Shown here: positions 1 through 10,426 of the stretch, piece after piece
Numbering within the stretch: position 1 is the first letter of the stretch
How the letters are laid out: each line of letters opens with the position of its first letter
Assembly: GCA_036276735.1 (NCBI GenBank)
Contig: DASUOH010000031.1
Span: 2,694-66,693 of the forward strand
Length of the DNA stretch: 64,000 nt
Source of the DNA: Solirubrobacterales bacterium
Lineage (GTDB): Bacteria; Actinomycetota; Thermoleophilia; Solirubrobacterales; 70-9
Direction: 5' to 3'
Notes under the pieces: model-generated
What the model was told of the DNA's origin: nothing
Databases searched by the model: none
What the model saw: the letters and a program-made list of their open reading frames with translations, nothing else
Translations under genes and position numbers: made by a program

Positions 1-47
1 TAGGCACCGGCGGAAGCCTAGACCGGGCGGACTAGACTCGGGCCGGG

Positions 48-764
48 ATGCGCGAGGAGGAAATCGCCGACGGCGTCTGGCTGCTGCGGGGCGAACTGCG
101 CCGCAGCATGAACGTCTACTTCCTGCGCGACGGCGACGGCGTAGTCCAGTTCGACGGCGGCACCAAGGCAATGGTCCGCTCGGCGCGCCGCGCGGGCGAG
201 CGGCTCGGTGGCGTGAAGCGGGTCGTGCTCGGCCATGCGCACGCCGACCACCGCGGGACGGCGCCGTCGATGGGGGCGCCCGTCTTCTGCCACCCCGACG
301 AGGTCGCCGACGCCGAAAGCGACGCCTCGATCGCTCCATATATGGACCTTTCGCAGCTGCCGGTCGCCCCGGTGCGCTGGATCTACCCGTTCCTCCTGCG
401 CCGCTGGGACGGTGGCGCCGTGAAGATCGCCGGGACCGTCGAGGAGGGGGACGAGGTGGCCGGTTTCCGTGTCATCGACTTCCCCGGCCACGCTCCCGGG
501 CTGATCGGACTCTGGCGCGAGAGCGACCGCGTCGCACTGGTCAGCGACGTCGTCTACTTCGTCGACTCGGCGCGGCTGCGGCCCCTTCCCCACGGCGAGG
601 CGAGCGTCCCGCACCCCGCCTGGGCGCTGGACCATGCCGAGGCGAAGGAGTCGGTGCGCCGCCTCGCCGCGCTGGAACCGCGCCTGGTCGGAGCCGGCCA
701 CGCCGAGCCGCTGCGCGGTCCGAACCTGCGCGAGGTCCTCGAGCGGGCTGCCGAGAAGCACTGA
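48..764 (+). CDS. MBL-fold metallo-hydrolase
   Basis: 238-aa ORF with HAHADHRG (HxHxDH) metal-binding motif and later DFPGHAPG; the long antisense ORF 18..1835 is compositional noise. Confidence 0.85.
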   Translation: MREEEIADGVWLLRGELRRSMNVYFLRDGDGVVQFDGGTKAMVRSARRAGERLGGVKRVVLGHAHADHRGTAPSMGAPVFCHPDEVADAESDASIAPYMDLSQLPVAPVRWIYPFLLRRWDGGAVKIAGTVEEGDEVAGFRVIDFPGHAPGLIGLWRESDRVALVSDVVYFVDSARLRPLPHGEASVPHPAWALDHAEAKESVRRLAALEPRLVGAGHAEPLRGPNLREVLERAAEKH

Positions 765-809
765 GCACGGGGCGGGTCTGGCCGCGCCCCGGCGGGCGGC
801 TGTCATAGG

Positions 810-3215
810 TTGCCCGCACTGATGATCGGGACCTACGTCTCGGCGGCGCTGATCTGCGCCGCCTCGCTTTTGATCGGGCGCGCGCTGCTGATCGTCGCGG
901 GACGGGACTCGTGGTCGTGGCTCGCTCCGGCCGCCGGCTTCGGCGCGATTCTCACGGTGACGGGCGTGCTGGCCCGGGCACCCGGACACGGCACGTCGGC
1001 GACGCTGGGGCTGGTTGCGCTGGCTGCGATCGCCGCGGCGATCGTCCTCGCCGCCCGCCACCCCACTGGCGACGGGCCTGAAACGTCCAGATCGCGGACG
1101 GGAGAGCCCCGTCGGCGGCGGGATGCGTTGCGGGAGGGGCTGCCGGTGGCGCTCCTGGTCATCCTCGTCCTCTCGATTCCCTTCGCGATCACGGCCCGCT
1201 GGGGATTGCTCGGCGTCGGCTTCAACAACGACCTTGGCCTGCACCTGGCCTGGGCGGAGTGGCTGCGCAGCGGCGCCGGCCCCACGCCCGAGCCGGGCTA
1301 TCCGCTCGGGCCGCACGGCCTCGCCGTGGCGGTCGCCGCCGTGCCGGGGATCGGGCTCGGCCAGGCGTTCGTCGGCGAGATCTTCGCAATCGGCGTATTG
1401 ACCGGACTGACCGCGCTCGGCGCCCTGACCGACCTGCGGCCGGGGCGGCGACTGCTCGCCGCGGTCCTGGTCGCAGTCTCCTACCTCGGCGCCTCCTACT
1501 TCGCCCAGGGCGCCTTCAAGGAGACCGCCGAGGCGCTCTTCGTCCTCGCCTTCGCGGTCGGGCTGCTGAGGGCCGAGCCGCCGTTCCGCCTGCGAGCCGT
1601 GCTGCCGTACCTCGCCCTCGCCGGCGGCGTCTTCTTCGCCTACAGCTTCGCCGGCCTCGCCTGGCCGATCGCGATCGTGGCCCTCTGGAGCCTCACCCTG
1701 CCGGAGGTACGAGCCGTGCTGGCTCCCCGGCGGCTGCTGCGGCTGCTGCTGCGGCCGGTGACCGTGGCGGCGATCGTGCTGCTCGCCGGTGCCGCGGTCG
1801 CCGCGACCCTGGTCGGGCCGTTTGGCTTCGTCCACACCTTCAACAAGGTCGCGGGGACCAATACCTACGGGCCGGTCTCGCCGGTCGAGGCGCTCGGGGT
1901 CTGGCCGGCGTCCAACTACCGCCTCGACGCGCCCGGCGGAGCCAGGCTGCCGGCGCTCGCCGGGGCGATCGGGGCACTCGCCCTGGCGCTCGGCGCGATC
2001 TGGTGGGCTCGGCGGCGCCAGCTCGCGGTGCCTCTGGCGCTCGCCGCTTGCGCGCTGCTCTACCTCGCATCGCTGCCGTTCAGTGGCGACTACTCGCAGG
2101 CCAAGGCGCTGATGATCGGCGCGCCGCTGGCGATGCTGGTCGCGATCCGGCCGCTGCTCGCCGAAGCCACCGTTCGCTCTTTGTCGGGCCTAGGCCGACA
2201 AAAGACGAACGGCTCGCTTCTGCCGCGACTCGCTTGGTCGGCGCTAGCAGGTGTCTTCGTCGGCGGCGCTGCCTATTCGAGCTTCCTCGCCCTGCGGGAG
2301 GCGCCGGTCGGGCCGGCCGGCCACGGCGCTGAGCTGCGCGCCTTCCTGCCCGTGGTCCACGGCAAGCCGGTCCTCTACGCCGGCCAGGATCGCTACGCCG
2401 CCTACGACCTGCTGGGCGCCGACACGCACGTGCCGATCGTCGAGTTCCCCGACCCGGAAGTCTCCGAGAACCCCGAGAAGCCCTTCGACACCGGCGACGC
2501 CTACAGCCCGATCGACTTCGACTCCTTCTCGCGCGGGACGCTCGACCGCGTCCCCTACGTCGTCACCGGTCGCGCCGCCTGGAACAGCGAGCCACCGCCG
2601 AACTTCCGGCGCGTCGCCGCGACGCCGTCCTACCTGCTCTGGGAGCGGACCGGTGAGACGCCCGAGAACCGCCACGTCCTGCTCGAGGGGACCGACGCGG
2701 GCGCCTGGGCGGGCTGCGCTTCGCCGGAGATCCGCCTCCTGCTCGCCAGCGGCGGGCGCGCCTCGCTCTTCCCGGCACCGGCAATTGGGCGAAAAGAGGC
2801 CTGGCGAGACAGCCATGTGCTCGGAGTCGGCGAGAGCGCCTCGCAGTCGCTGGAGTTGCCGCGCGGCCGCTGGCGGCTCTCGCTGCAGTATTTCTCCCCC
2901 TTTGAGCTGACCCTCAGCGCCCCCGGCTTCCGCGAGGAGCTGAAGGCGGCGCTCGACGGTCAGCGGCCGAACACGATCAGCCTCGCCAACGACGGGCAAT
3001 TCTGGCCGGCGGGTGAGATTGTCAGCTCGGGCGGCTCGGTCCGCTTCGAGATCGCCGCCACCGAGCCGACCGCCCTGCAGGAGCTGAGCGGCTACGCCGG
3101 CAAGGCCCAGGTCGGCAGCCTGGTCGCCGTCCCGGCCCAACCGCGCCGCACCGTGCCGCTCGCCGCCGCGTGTGACTCGTGGATCGACTGGTACGAATCG
3201 CCCAAGGCCCCCTGA
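810..3215 (+). CDS. polytopic membrane protein with large C-terminal soluble domain (possible GT-C-type glycosyltransferase; function uncertain)
   Basis: 801-aa ORF; about 480 aa of repeated hydrophobic helices followed by about 300 aa hydrophilic domain; start could be TTG 810 or ATG 822. Confidence 0.6.
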   Translation: MPALMIGTYVSAALICAASLLIGRALLIVAGRDSWSWLAPAAGFGAILTVTGVLARAPGHGTSATLGLVALAAIAAAIVLAARHPTGDGPETSRSRTGEPRRRRDALREGLPVALLVILVLSIPFAITARWGLLGVGFNNDLGLHLAWAEWLRSGAGPTPEPGYPLGPHGLAVAVAAVPGIGLGQAFVGEIFAIGVLTGLTALGALTDLRPGRRLLAAVLVAVSYLGASYFAQGAFKETAEALFVLAFAVGLLRAEPPFRLRAVLPYLALAGGVFFAYSFAGLAWPIAIVALWSLTLPEVRAVLAPRRLLRLLLRPVTVAAIVLLAGAAVAATLVGPFGFVHTFNKVAGTNTYGPVSPVEALGVWPASNYRLDAPGGARLPALAGAIGALALALGAIWWARRRQLAVPLALAACALLYLASLPFSGDYSQAKALMIGAPLAMLVAIRPLLAEATVRSLSGLGRQKTNGSLLPRLAWSALAGVFVGGAAYSSFLALREAPVGPAGHGAELRAFLPVVHGKPVLYAGQDRYAAYDLLGADTHVPIVEFPDPEVSENPEKPFDTGDAYSPIDFDSFSRGTLDRVPYVVTGRAAWNSEPPPNFRRVAATPSYLLWERTGETPENRHVLLEGTDAGAWAGCASPEIRLLLASGGRASLFPAPAIGRKEAWRDSHVLGVGESASQSLELPRGRWRLSLQYFSPFELTLSAPGFREELKAALDGQRPNTISLANDGQFWPAGEIVSSGGSVRFEIAATEPTALQELSGYAGKAQVGSLVAVPAQPRRTVPLAAACDSWIDWYESPKAP

Positions 3216-3288
3216 CCAAGCAGATCAAGGACGCAGGGAGCGTGGTGTGCAGTGCACACGAGCGACCGAGGACGCAGATATGCGCCGG

Positions 3289-4215
3289 TCAGGTGGCCTT
3301 GGCCGCCATGCGCTCCGGGGTCGGGCGCACAACATCCCAGACCAGACCGGCCTTCTCGAGCGCCCTGATCACGGCTGCCGAGACGTCCACCTGCCAGCGG
3401 CCGAGGCCGTGGACGGCGGAGGTCGGGAAAGCGTGGTGGTTGTTGTGCCATGCCTCGCCGAGGGTCGGCAGCGCGATTAGGGCCAGATTGCGCGACTCGT
3501 CGGTGGTCTCGTAGTCGCGCCGCCCGAAGGTGTGGCAGAGCGAGTTGATGCTGTAGGTGAAGTGGTGCAGGACGAAGACGCGGACGAGGCCGCCCCAGAG
3601 CACGCCGGTCGCCGCGGCGAGAAGCGTGCCGCCGATGATCCAGCCGAGCAGGCCGGGGAGCAGCAGGCCGAGGATCGCCCAGTAGATGAACGTGCGGTCG
3701 ACCCAGCTGATCACCGGGTCCTCGAGCAGGTCGGGCGCGAAGCGTTCCTTGTTGCCGCGCTGAGTGTGGATGAAGAGCCAGCCCATGTGGGCGTGGTAGA
3801 GGCCCTTCAGCGCGCCGCGCAAGCCGCCGCCGTGGTCGACGTGGGGACTGTGCGGGTCGCCGTGTTCGTCGGAGAAGGTGTGGTGCTTGCGGTGGTCGGC
3901 GACCCAGGAGATGACCGGCCCCTCGATCGCGGCCGAGCCGAGGATGCCGAGCAGGCCGCGCAGCCACGGGTGCGTCTTGAAGCTGCGGTGGGTGAGGTGG
4001 CGATGGAAGCCGACCGTGATCCCGAGCCCGGTCAGCAGGTACATGCCGACGAAGAGGAAGACGTCGCTCCAGTGCAGGGCGCTCCCCCAGACCTGCCAGG
4101 CGGCGAAGCCGAGCGCCAGGAACGGGATCAGCGTCACCATGCCGGTGATGATCCGGTCCCGGGTCTCGTGCTCGACCGGCTGGATGTCGGAGGGAAGAGG
4201 TCCGCTCGCTTCCAT
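3289..4215 (-). CDS. membrane fatty-acid (acyl-CoA/acyl-lipid) desaturase
   Basis: 308 aa; three histidine boxes HRHLTH, HRKHH, HNNHH; N-terminal TM helices. Confidence 0.9.
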   Translation of the reverse strand: MEASGPLPSDIQPVEHETRDRIITGMVTLIPFLALGFAAWQVWGSALHWSDVFLFVGMYLLTGLGITVGFHRHLTHRSFKTHPWLRGLLGILGSAAIEGPVISWVADHRKHHTFSDEHGDPHSPHVDHGGGLRGALKGLYHAHMGWLFIHTQRGNKERFAPDLLEDPVISWVDRTFIYWAILGLLLPGLLGWIIGGTLLAAATGVLWGGLVRVFVLHHFTYSINSLCHTFGRRDYETTDESRNLALIALPTLGEAWHNNHHAFPTSAVHGLGRWQVDVSAAVIRALEKAGLVWDVVRPTPERMAAKAT

Positions 4216-4303
4216 CGTTCCGATGATACGTCGGTTCCCACTCGTCCCGCGACCAAACGCGAAAAGTGGACGATTGCGAGCGGGTGCGGATAAGGTCCGC
4301 CCG

Positions 4304-5506
4304 ATGGCGTTCGCGACGACCCAGCCCCTGCGCCGGGAGATCGAGGCGCAGATCCCCGAGCGACCGTTCTCCGTCGAGTTCTGGGACGGGACGCGGCTGC
4401 CGTCGACCGGCGGCGGGCCGACCTTCTACGTGCGCTCGCCGCGGGCCGCCGCACACGTGCTGCGAGCACCGGGGCAACTGGGCCTGGGCCGCGCCTACGT
4501 CAGCGGCGAGATCGAGGTCGACGACATCGACGCGGTTATCGAGGTGCTCGACGGCTGGCAGCCCCCACCGCTCGACGGCGCCGCGAAGCGCCGGCTGCTC
4601 CTCGCCACGGTGCGCGCCGCCGGCCTGGCAAAGCCGCCGCCGCGTCCCGCCGCCGAGCTGCGGCCGAGCGGCCGTCGCCACAGCAAGGAGCGCGACGCCC
4701 GCGCCGTCCGCCATCACTACGACGTCTCCAACGACTTCTTCTCGCTGTTCCTCGACGAGTCGAAGACCTACAGCTGCGCGATCTTCTCGCGCGGCGCCCA
4801 GACGCTCGAGGAGGCGCAGTTCGAGAAGCGTGAGACGGTCTGCCGCAAGCTGGCGCTGAAGGAGGGTGAGCGGGTCCTGGACGTCGGCTGCGGCTGGGGC
4901 AGCTTCCCGATCCACGCTGCCTCCGAGCACGGCGCCCGCGTGGTCGGCATCACGCTGTCCCCCGCCCAGGCCGAGGAGGCGCGGCGGCGGGTCGAGGCGG
5001 CAGGCGTCGCCGACCGGGTCGAGATCCGGCTGATGGACTACCGCGACCTGGCGGGCGAGCGCTTCGACGCGATTGCCTCTATCGGCATGGTCGAGCACGT
5101 CGGCGAGGCGCAGATCGACGTCTACGCGCGCAGCCTGGCCGGGCTGCTGGAGCCGGGCGGGCGACTGCTCAACCACGGGATTGCGCGCCTTCGCCACACC
5201 GACCCCGAGGCGGGGCCGTTCTCGGAGCGCTACGTCTTCCCCGACGCCGAGCCGCTGCACCTCTCGCGAGTGCTGCTGGCGCTGGAGCGGGCCGGCTTCG
5301 TCACCCGCCACGTCGAGGACTTCGGTGCCGATTACGCCGAGACGCTGCGCCACTGGGCGCGCCGGCTCGACGAGAACCGCGACGAGGCGCTGCGCCTTGC
5401 CGGCCCCGAACGGCTGCGCGTTTGGCGCCTCTACCTGCGCATGGCGCGCAACGGCTTCGAGAACGGGTTCCTGTCGATCTATCAGGCTCGCTGCAGTTTG
5501 GCGTGA
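4304..5506 (+). CDS. cfa: cyclopropane-fatty-acyl-phospholipid synthase family SAM-dependent methyltransferase
   Basis: In-frame ATG at 4304 (MAFATTQPL...) chosen because the tracked ORF start 3878 overlaps the desaturase on the other strand; SAM motif VLDVGCGWGS; family-typical HYDVSNDFF. Confidence 0.88.
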   Translation: MAFATTQPLRREIEAQIPERPFSVEFWDGTRLPSTGGGPTFYVRSPRAAAHVLRAPGQLGLGRAYVSGEIEVDDIDAVIEVLDGWQPPPLDGAAKRRLLLATVRAAGLAKPPPRPAAELRPSGRRHSKERDARAVRHHYDVSNDFFSLFLDESKTYSCAIFSRGAQTLEEAQFEKRETVCRKLALKEGERVLDVGCGWGSFPIHAASEHGARVVGITLSPAQAEEARRRVEAAGVADRVEIRLMDYRDLAGERFDAIASIGMVEHVGEAQIDVYARSLAGLLEPGGRLLNHGIARLRHTDPEAGPFSERYVFPDAEPLHLSRVLLALERAGFVTRHVEDFGADYAETLRHWARRLDENRDEALRLAGPERLRVWRLYLRMARNGFENGFLSIYQARCSLA

Positions 5507-5509
5507 GAC

Positions 5510-5616
5510 CCGATCCGGCAGGGGGTTTCACTTAACTTTTTTTGAAGAAAGGTTGCGGCTGTCCCCCGGCCTAGCCGCAAAAAAAGTACAAGACGTTTCA
5601 CCCCCTGCCGGATCGG
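5510..5616. repeat. nested inverted-repeat element in convergent intergenic region (A/T-rich core)
   Basis: Perfect 16-bp arms CCGATCCGGCAGGGGG (5510-5525) / CCCCCTGCCGGATCGG (5601-5616); inner hairpin TTGCGGCT (5553-5560) / AGCCGCAA (5573-5580); T7 run 5537-5543 complementary to A7 run 5579-5585. Confidence 0.75.
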
Positions 5617-5620
5617 CTCG

Positions 5621-6301
5621 TCAAGCCGGGAAGCGGCCCTCGACCGTGGGCAGAACCCAGTCGGCGCCAGCTTGCTCGAGCTGAGCGATCGAGTACTTGC
5701 CCGTGGCGACGGCGACGACCCGTATGCCGGCGCCGTGCCCGGCGCGGACGTCGCGCGGCGTGTCGCCGACCGCGATGCAGGCGCCGGGGTCGAGCGGGCC
5801 GCCGGAGACCAGGTCGGCGCGGCGGAGCGCCGCTTCGGTGACCTCGGTGCGGTCAGATGAGTCGGAGCCGTAGCCGCCGAAGCTGAAGAAGCGGTTGAGG
5901 CCGGCGCGCGAGAGCTTGATGTGGGCGGCCGCCTCGACGTTGCCGGTGACGAGGCCGAGCAGCAAGCCGGCGTCGATGAGGCGGTCGAGCAGTGCCTCAA
6001 TCCCGGGCATGAGGCGGTAGCCGCTCGACTCGCCGACGGTGTCCGGCAGGTGCTTGAGGTAGGCGCCGATCGCCCTGGCGCGCTCTTCGGCGTTGCCCTC
6101 CCTCCCGACCGCCTCACGGAAAACGATCGCGGCGATTTCCGGATCGGTCATGCCGGCGTCGGTGCGCTCGTGGACGTTCGCCTCGACTCCGTAGAGCTCC
6201 GCGAAAGCACGCTGCCAGGCCGCGCCGCCGGCGCCGCCCGTAACCAGGATCGTGCTGTCGACGTCGAACAGCACAGCGCGGAAGTCGGCGCCCTCACTCA
6301 C
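5621..6301 (-). CDS. HAD-superfamily hydrolase (phosphatase-like)
   Basis: 226 aa; N-terminal LFDVDST (DxDxT) motif and C-terminal VGDTPRD motif. Confidence 0.8.
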   Translation of the reverse strand: MSEGADFRAVLFDVDSTILVTGGAGGAAWQRAFAELYGVEANVHERTDAGMTDPEIAAIVFREAVGREGNAEERARAIGAYLKHLPDTVGESSGYRLMPGIEALLDRLIDAGLLLGLVTGNVEAAAHIKLSRAGLNRFFSFGGYGSDSSDRTEVTEAALRRADLVSGGPLDPGACIAVGDTPRDVRAGHGAGIRVVAVATGKYSIAQLEQAGADWVLPTVEGRFPA

Positions 6302-7292
6302 CGACGAGGTCCTTCTGGCTCAGCCAATAGAGAAGACCGAGCGCCGGCAGCACGACCACCGTCGCCGCGCCGAAGACGGCGAGCAGCGCGGTCAGGGTCG
6401 GATCGGGCGCCGCCGACTCGCCGATCCTCAGCGAGGTTGGCAGCAGGTAGGGGAACTGAGCGACGCCCCAGCCCCAGACCACCGCGACAACGGCACCGGC
6501 CGCAAGCGGGCGCAGGCCGCGCCGGTGTCCGCCCGCCAGCAGGACGAGTACGGCGAGGCCGCAGAGCGCCGAGGCGGCGACCAGCGGCAGCCCCTCGGCG
6601 ACGAGGCGGTCGTAGAGGTAGGGCGCCTCCTCTCGCAGAACGAAGCCGGCCGCGACGGCGAGCAGGCCGGCGACGATGCCCGCCAGGAGCGCGCGGTGCT
6701 CGAAGTAGTCCTCCAGCTCCTCGTCCCCCGCCCGGCGCGCGTCGGCGACGAGGAACACGGCCGCCAGGTAGGCGCCGGTGGCGACGAAGAGCGCCCCGAT
6801 CGTCAGCGGCAGTGGGTCGAGCCAGCTCGCGAAGGGCTCGCCGTTGCCCTCAGCCGGCACGTTGCCCGCGGCGACCGCGCCGACCACCGTGCCCATGAAG
6901 AAGGGCGTCAGCACCGAGGAGAGGGCGAACGTTGCGCCCATCGCACGCCGCTGCCGCAGCGATCGGATCGAGCTGCGGAAGGCAAAGCCGGCGCCCCGCA
7001 GCACGATGCCCAGCACCGCCAGCGCCAGCGGGATGTAGAGGGTCGAGGTGACGGCGCCAAAGGCCTCCGGGAAGGCGGTCCAGAGGACGACGACGATGAA
7101 GATCAACCAAACGTGGTTGGCCTCCCAGACGGGGGTCAGCGAACGCTGGATCAGAGCCCTGGGGCGCTCCCCGCGCTCGGCGCCGCCGGCGAGGAGGTCC
7201 CAGGCGCCACCGCCGAAGTCCGCGCCGCCGAAGAGCGTGTAGAGCGTCGCGCCGATCCAGAGGATCGCCGCCGCGGCGTCGGCCTTGCTCAT
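6294..7292 (-). CDS. cydB: cytochrome bd ubiquinol oxidase subunit II
   Basis: 332-aa polytopic membrane protein directly downstream of cydA; CydB-like N-terminus (LWIGATLYTLFGGADFGGG). Confidence 0.9.
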   Translation of the reverse strand: MSKADAAAAILWIGATLYTLFGGADFGGGAWDLLAGGAERGERPRALIQRSLTPVWEANHVWLIFIVVVLWTAFPEAFGAVTSTLYIPLALAVLGIVLRGAGFAFRSSIRSLRQRRAMGATFALSSVLTPFFMGTVVGAVAAGNVPAEGNGEPFASWLDPLPLTIGALFVATGAYLAAVFLVADARRAGDEELEDYFEHRALLAGIVAGLLAVAAGFVLREEAPYLYDRLVAEGLPLVAASALCGLAVLVLLAGGHRRGLRPLAAGAVVAVVWGWGVAQFPYLLPTSLRIGESAAPDPTLTALLAVFGAATVVVLPALGLLYWLSQKDLVGE

Positions 7293-7362
7293 CGCCGCCC
7301 GCCCTTTCGGTGCGACTTATGTCCACATATCGAGCAGAACTCGCACTGGAAGCTCGGCCGGC

Positions 7363-8757
7363 TCACCCTATGACCCCCGCATGGTCTTCGGGCGGCCCGT
7401 AGGGCGCTCCGGCGAGCTCGGCATCGCCCTCCTCGCGCCAGCGCCGCGACATCGCGCGCAGCACGAGGACGAGCCCGGCACCGAGCCCGGCATAGAGCGC
7501 AACGACGCCCGCAAAGGCGAACCAGATGCCCTCCGCCTCGGTCACCGCTTCGGAGGTGCGCATGTAGCCCTGCACGATCCAAGGCTGGCGGCCCACCTCG
7601 GTGACGACCCAGCCGCACCACATCGCCAGGACGGCCGCGCCGCCCGAGACGGCGACCGCGCGCAGGAACCAGACGGTGGCCGGCGGGCCGCGCCGCCGCC
7701 ACCAGGCGATCGCCAGCCAGGCGGAGAGCGCCAGCAGGCCGAAGCCGATGCCGACCATCGCGTCGAAGGCGAGATGGAGCAGCGTGTTGGCCGGCGGTCG
7801 CTCGTCGGGCGGAATGTCCTCCAGGCCGGTCACCACAGTGTCGGTGCTGAAGCCGACCAGCCAGGAGTCGAGGCCGGGGATGCCGATCGCGCCCTTCACT
7901 CCGTCGTCGGTGCAGATGCCGCCCAGGTACTCGGTCTGGTTCGGTCCCGTCTCCTCGATGCACTCGAAGCCGGCGAACTTGGCTGGCTGGTCCTCGGCCA
8001 CCGAGCGGGCGGCGACGTCGCCGACGTAGATCTGGACGGGGGTCGCAATCGCCGCCACGGTGAGCGGGATCAGCAGGCCGAGCCGGTGCAGGCGGTCGCG
8101 CCGTCCGCGCAGCATCCCGACCGCGTAGATCGAGGCGACCAGGAAGCCGGTCACCATGTAGGCGGCGAGGATCATGTGCGGTACCTCGTAGTGCCAGGCG
8201 CCGTTGAAGATGACCTCGAGCGGATCGGTTTCGACCACCTTGCCGGCAGCGTCGAGCGTGAAGCCGCCCGGCTGGTTCATCCAGGCGTTGGCGCTGACCA
8301 CCGAGAAGGCACCGCCGATGCCGGTCACGACCATCGGCACGCCCGACCAGAAGTGCGCCCAGTCGCCGAGCCGCTTCCAACCGTAGATGTAGATGGCGAG
8401 GAAGATCGCCTCGACGAAGAAGAAGATGCCCTCGATCGCGAAGGCGATGCCGAAGGCGTCGCCGAAGCGCTCCATGAAGCGCGGCCAGAGCAGCCCGAAC
8501 TCGAAGCTGAGCACGGTGCCGCTGACCGCGCCGACCGCAAAGGTGACCGCCATCGCCTTCGACCAGCGCCGCGCCAGGCGCAGCGCATCGGCGTCGCCGC
8601 GCCTCAGTCCCAGCCAGTTGGCGACGAGGATGATCGCCGGGAAGGCGACGCCGATGCAGGCCAGCACGATGTGGAAGGCCAGCGTGAAGGCCATCAGCTG
8701 GCGCGCCGCGAGCAGGTTGGACTCCGACGCCGCGAGCGGGAGGGCGTCGAGCGGCAC
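7363..8757 (-). CDS. cydA: cytochrome bd ubiquinol oxidase subunit I
   Basis: 464 aa; CydA-like N-terminus (LAARQLMAFTLAFHIV...) and Q-loop region; GTG start 3 nt after pgi stop. Confidence 0.9.
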   Translation of the reverse strand: MPLDALPLAASESNLLAARQLMAFTLAFHIVLACIGVAFPAIILVANWLGLRRGDADALRLARRWSKAMAVTFAVGAVSGTVLSFEFGLLWPRFMERFGDAFGIAFAIEGIFFFVEAIFLAIYIYGWKRLGDWAHFWSGVPMVVTGIGGAFSVVSANAWMNQPGGFTLDAAGKVVETDPLEVIFNGAWHYEVPHMILAAYMVTGFLVASIYAVGMLRGRRDRLHRLGLLIPLTVAAIATPVQIYVGDVAARSVAEDQPAKFAGFECIEETGPNQTEYLGGICTDDGVKGAIGIPGLDSWLVGFSTDTVVTGLEDIPPDERPPANTLLHLAFDAMVGIGFGLLALSAWLAIAWWRRRGPPATVWFLRAVAVSGGAAVLAMWCGWVVTEVGRQPWIVQGYMRTSEAVTEAEGIWFAFAGVVALYAGLGAGLVLVLRAMSRRWREEGDAELAGAPYGPPEDHAGVIG

Positions 8758-8760
8758 CGC

Positions 8761-10407
<1,647 letters not shown>

Positions 10408-10426
10408 GGGGCGACCTTACTGGCCA

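Noticed and set aside
18-1835. 605-aa ORF on the minus strand
   Set aside because: It is antisense to the MBL hydrolase and the membrane protein. Its R/G/P/E/D-rich low-complexity translation is typical of out-of-frame reading of high-GC DNA, and no domain was recognised.
3092-5353. 753-aa ORF on the minus strand
   Set aside because: It overlaps the desaturase out of frame and lies antisense to cfa, both of which have clear family motifs. The composition is R/P/A/G-dominated.
3289-5506. Divergent desaturase/cfa pair as a special lipid-remodelling locus
   Set aside because: Both are common housekeeping-type lipid-modifying enzymes. Adjacency alone is not unusual enough to report as a finding.
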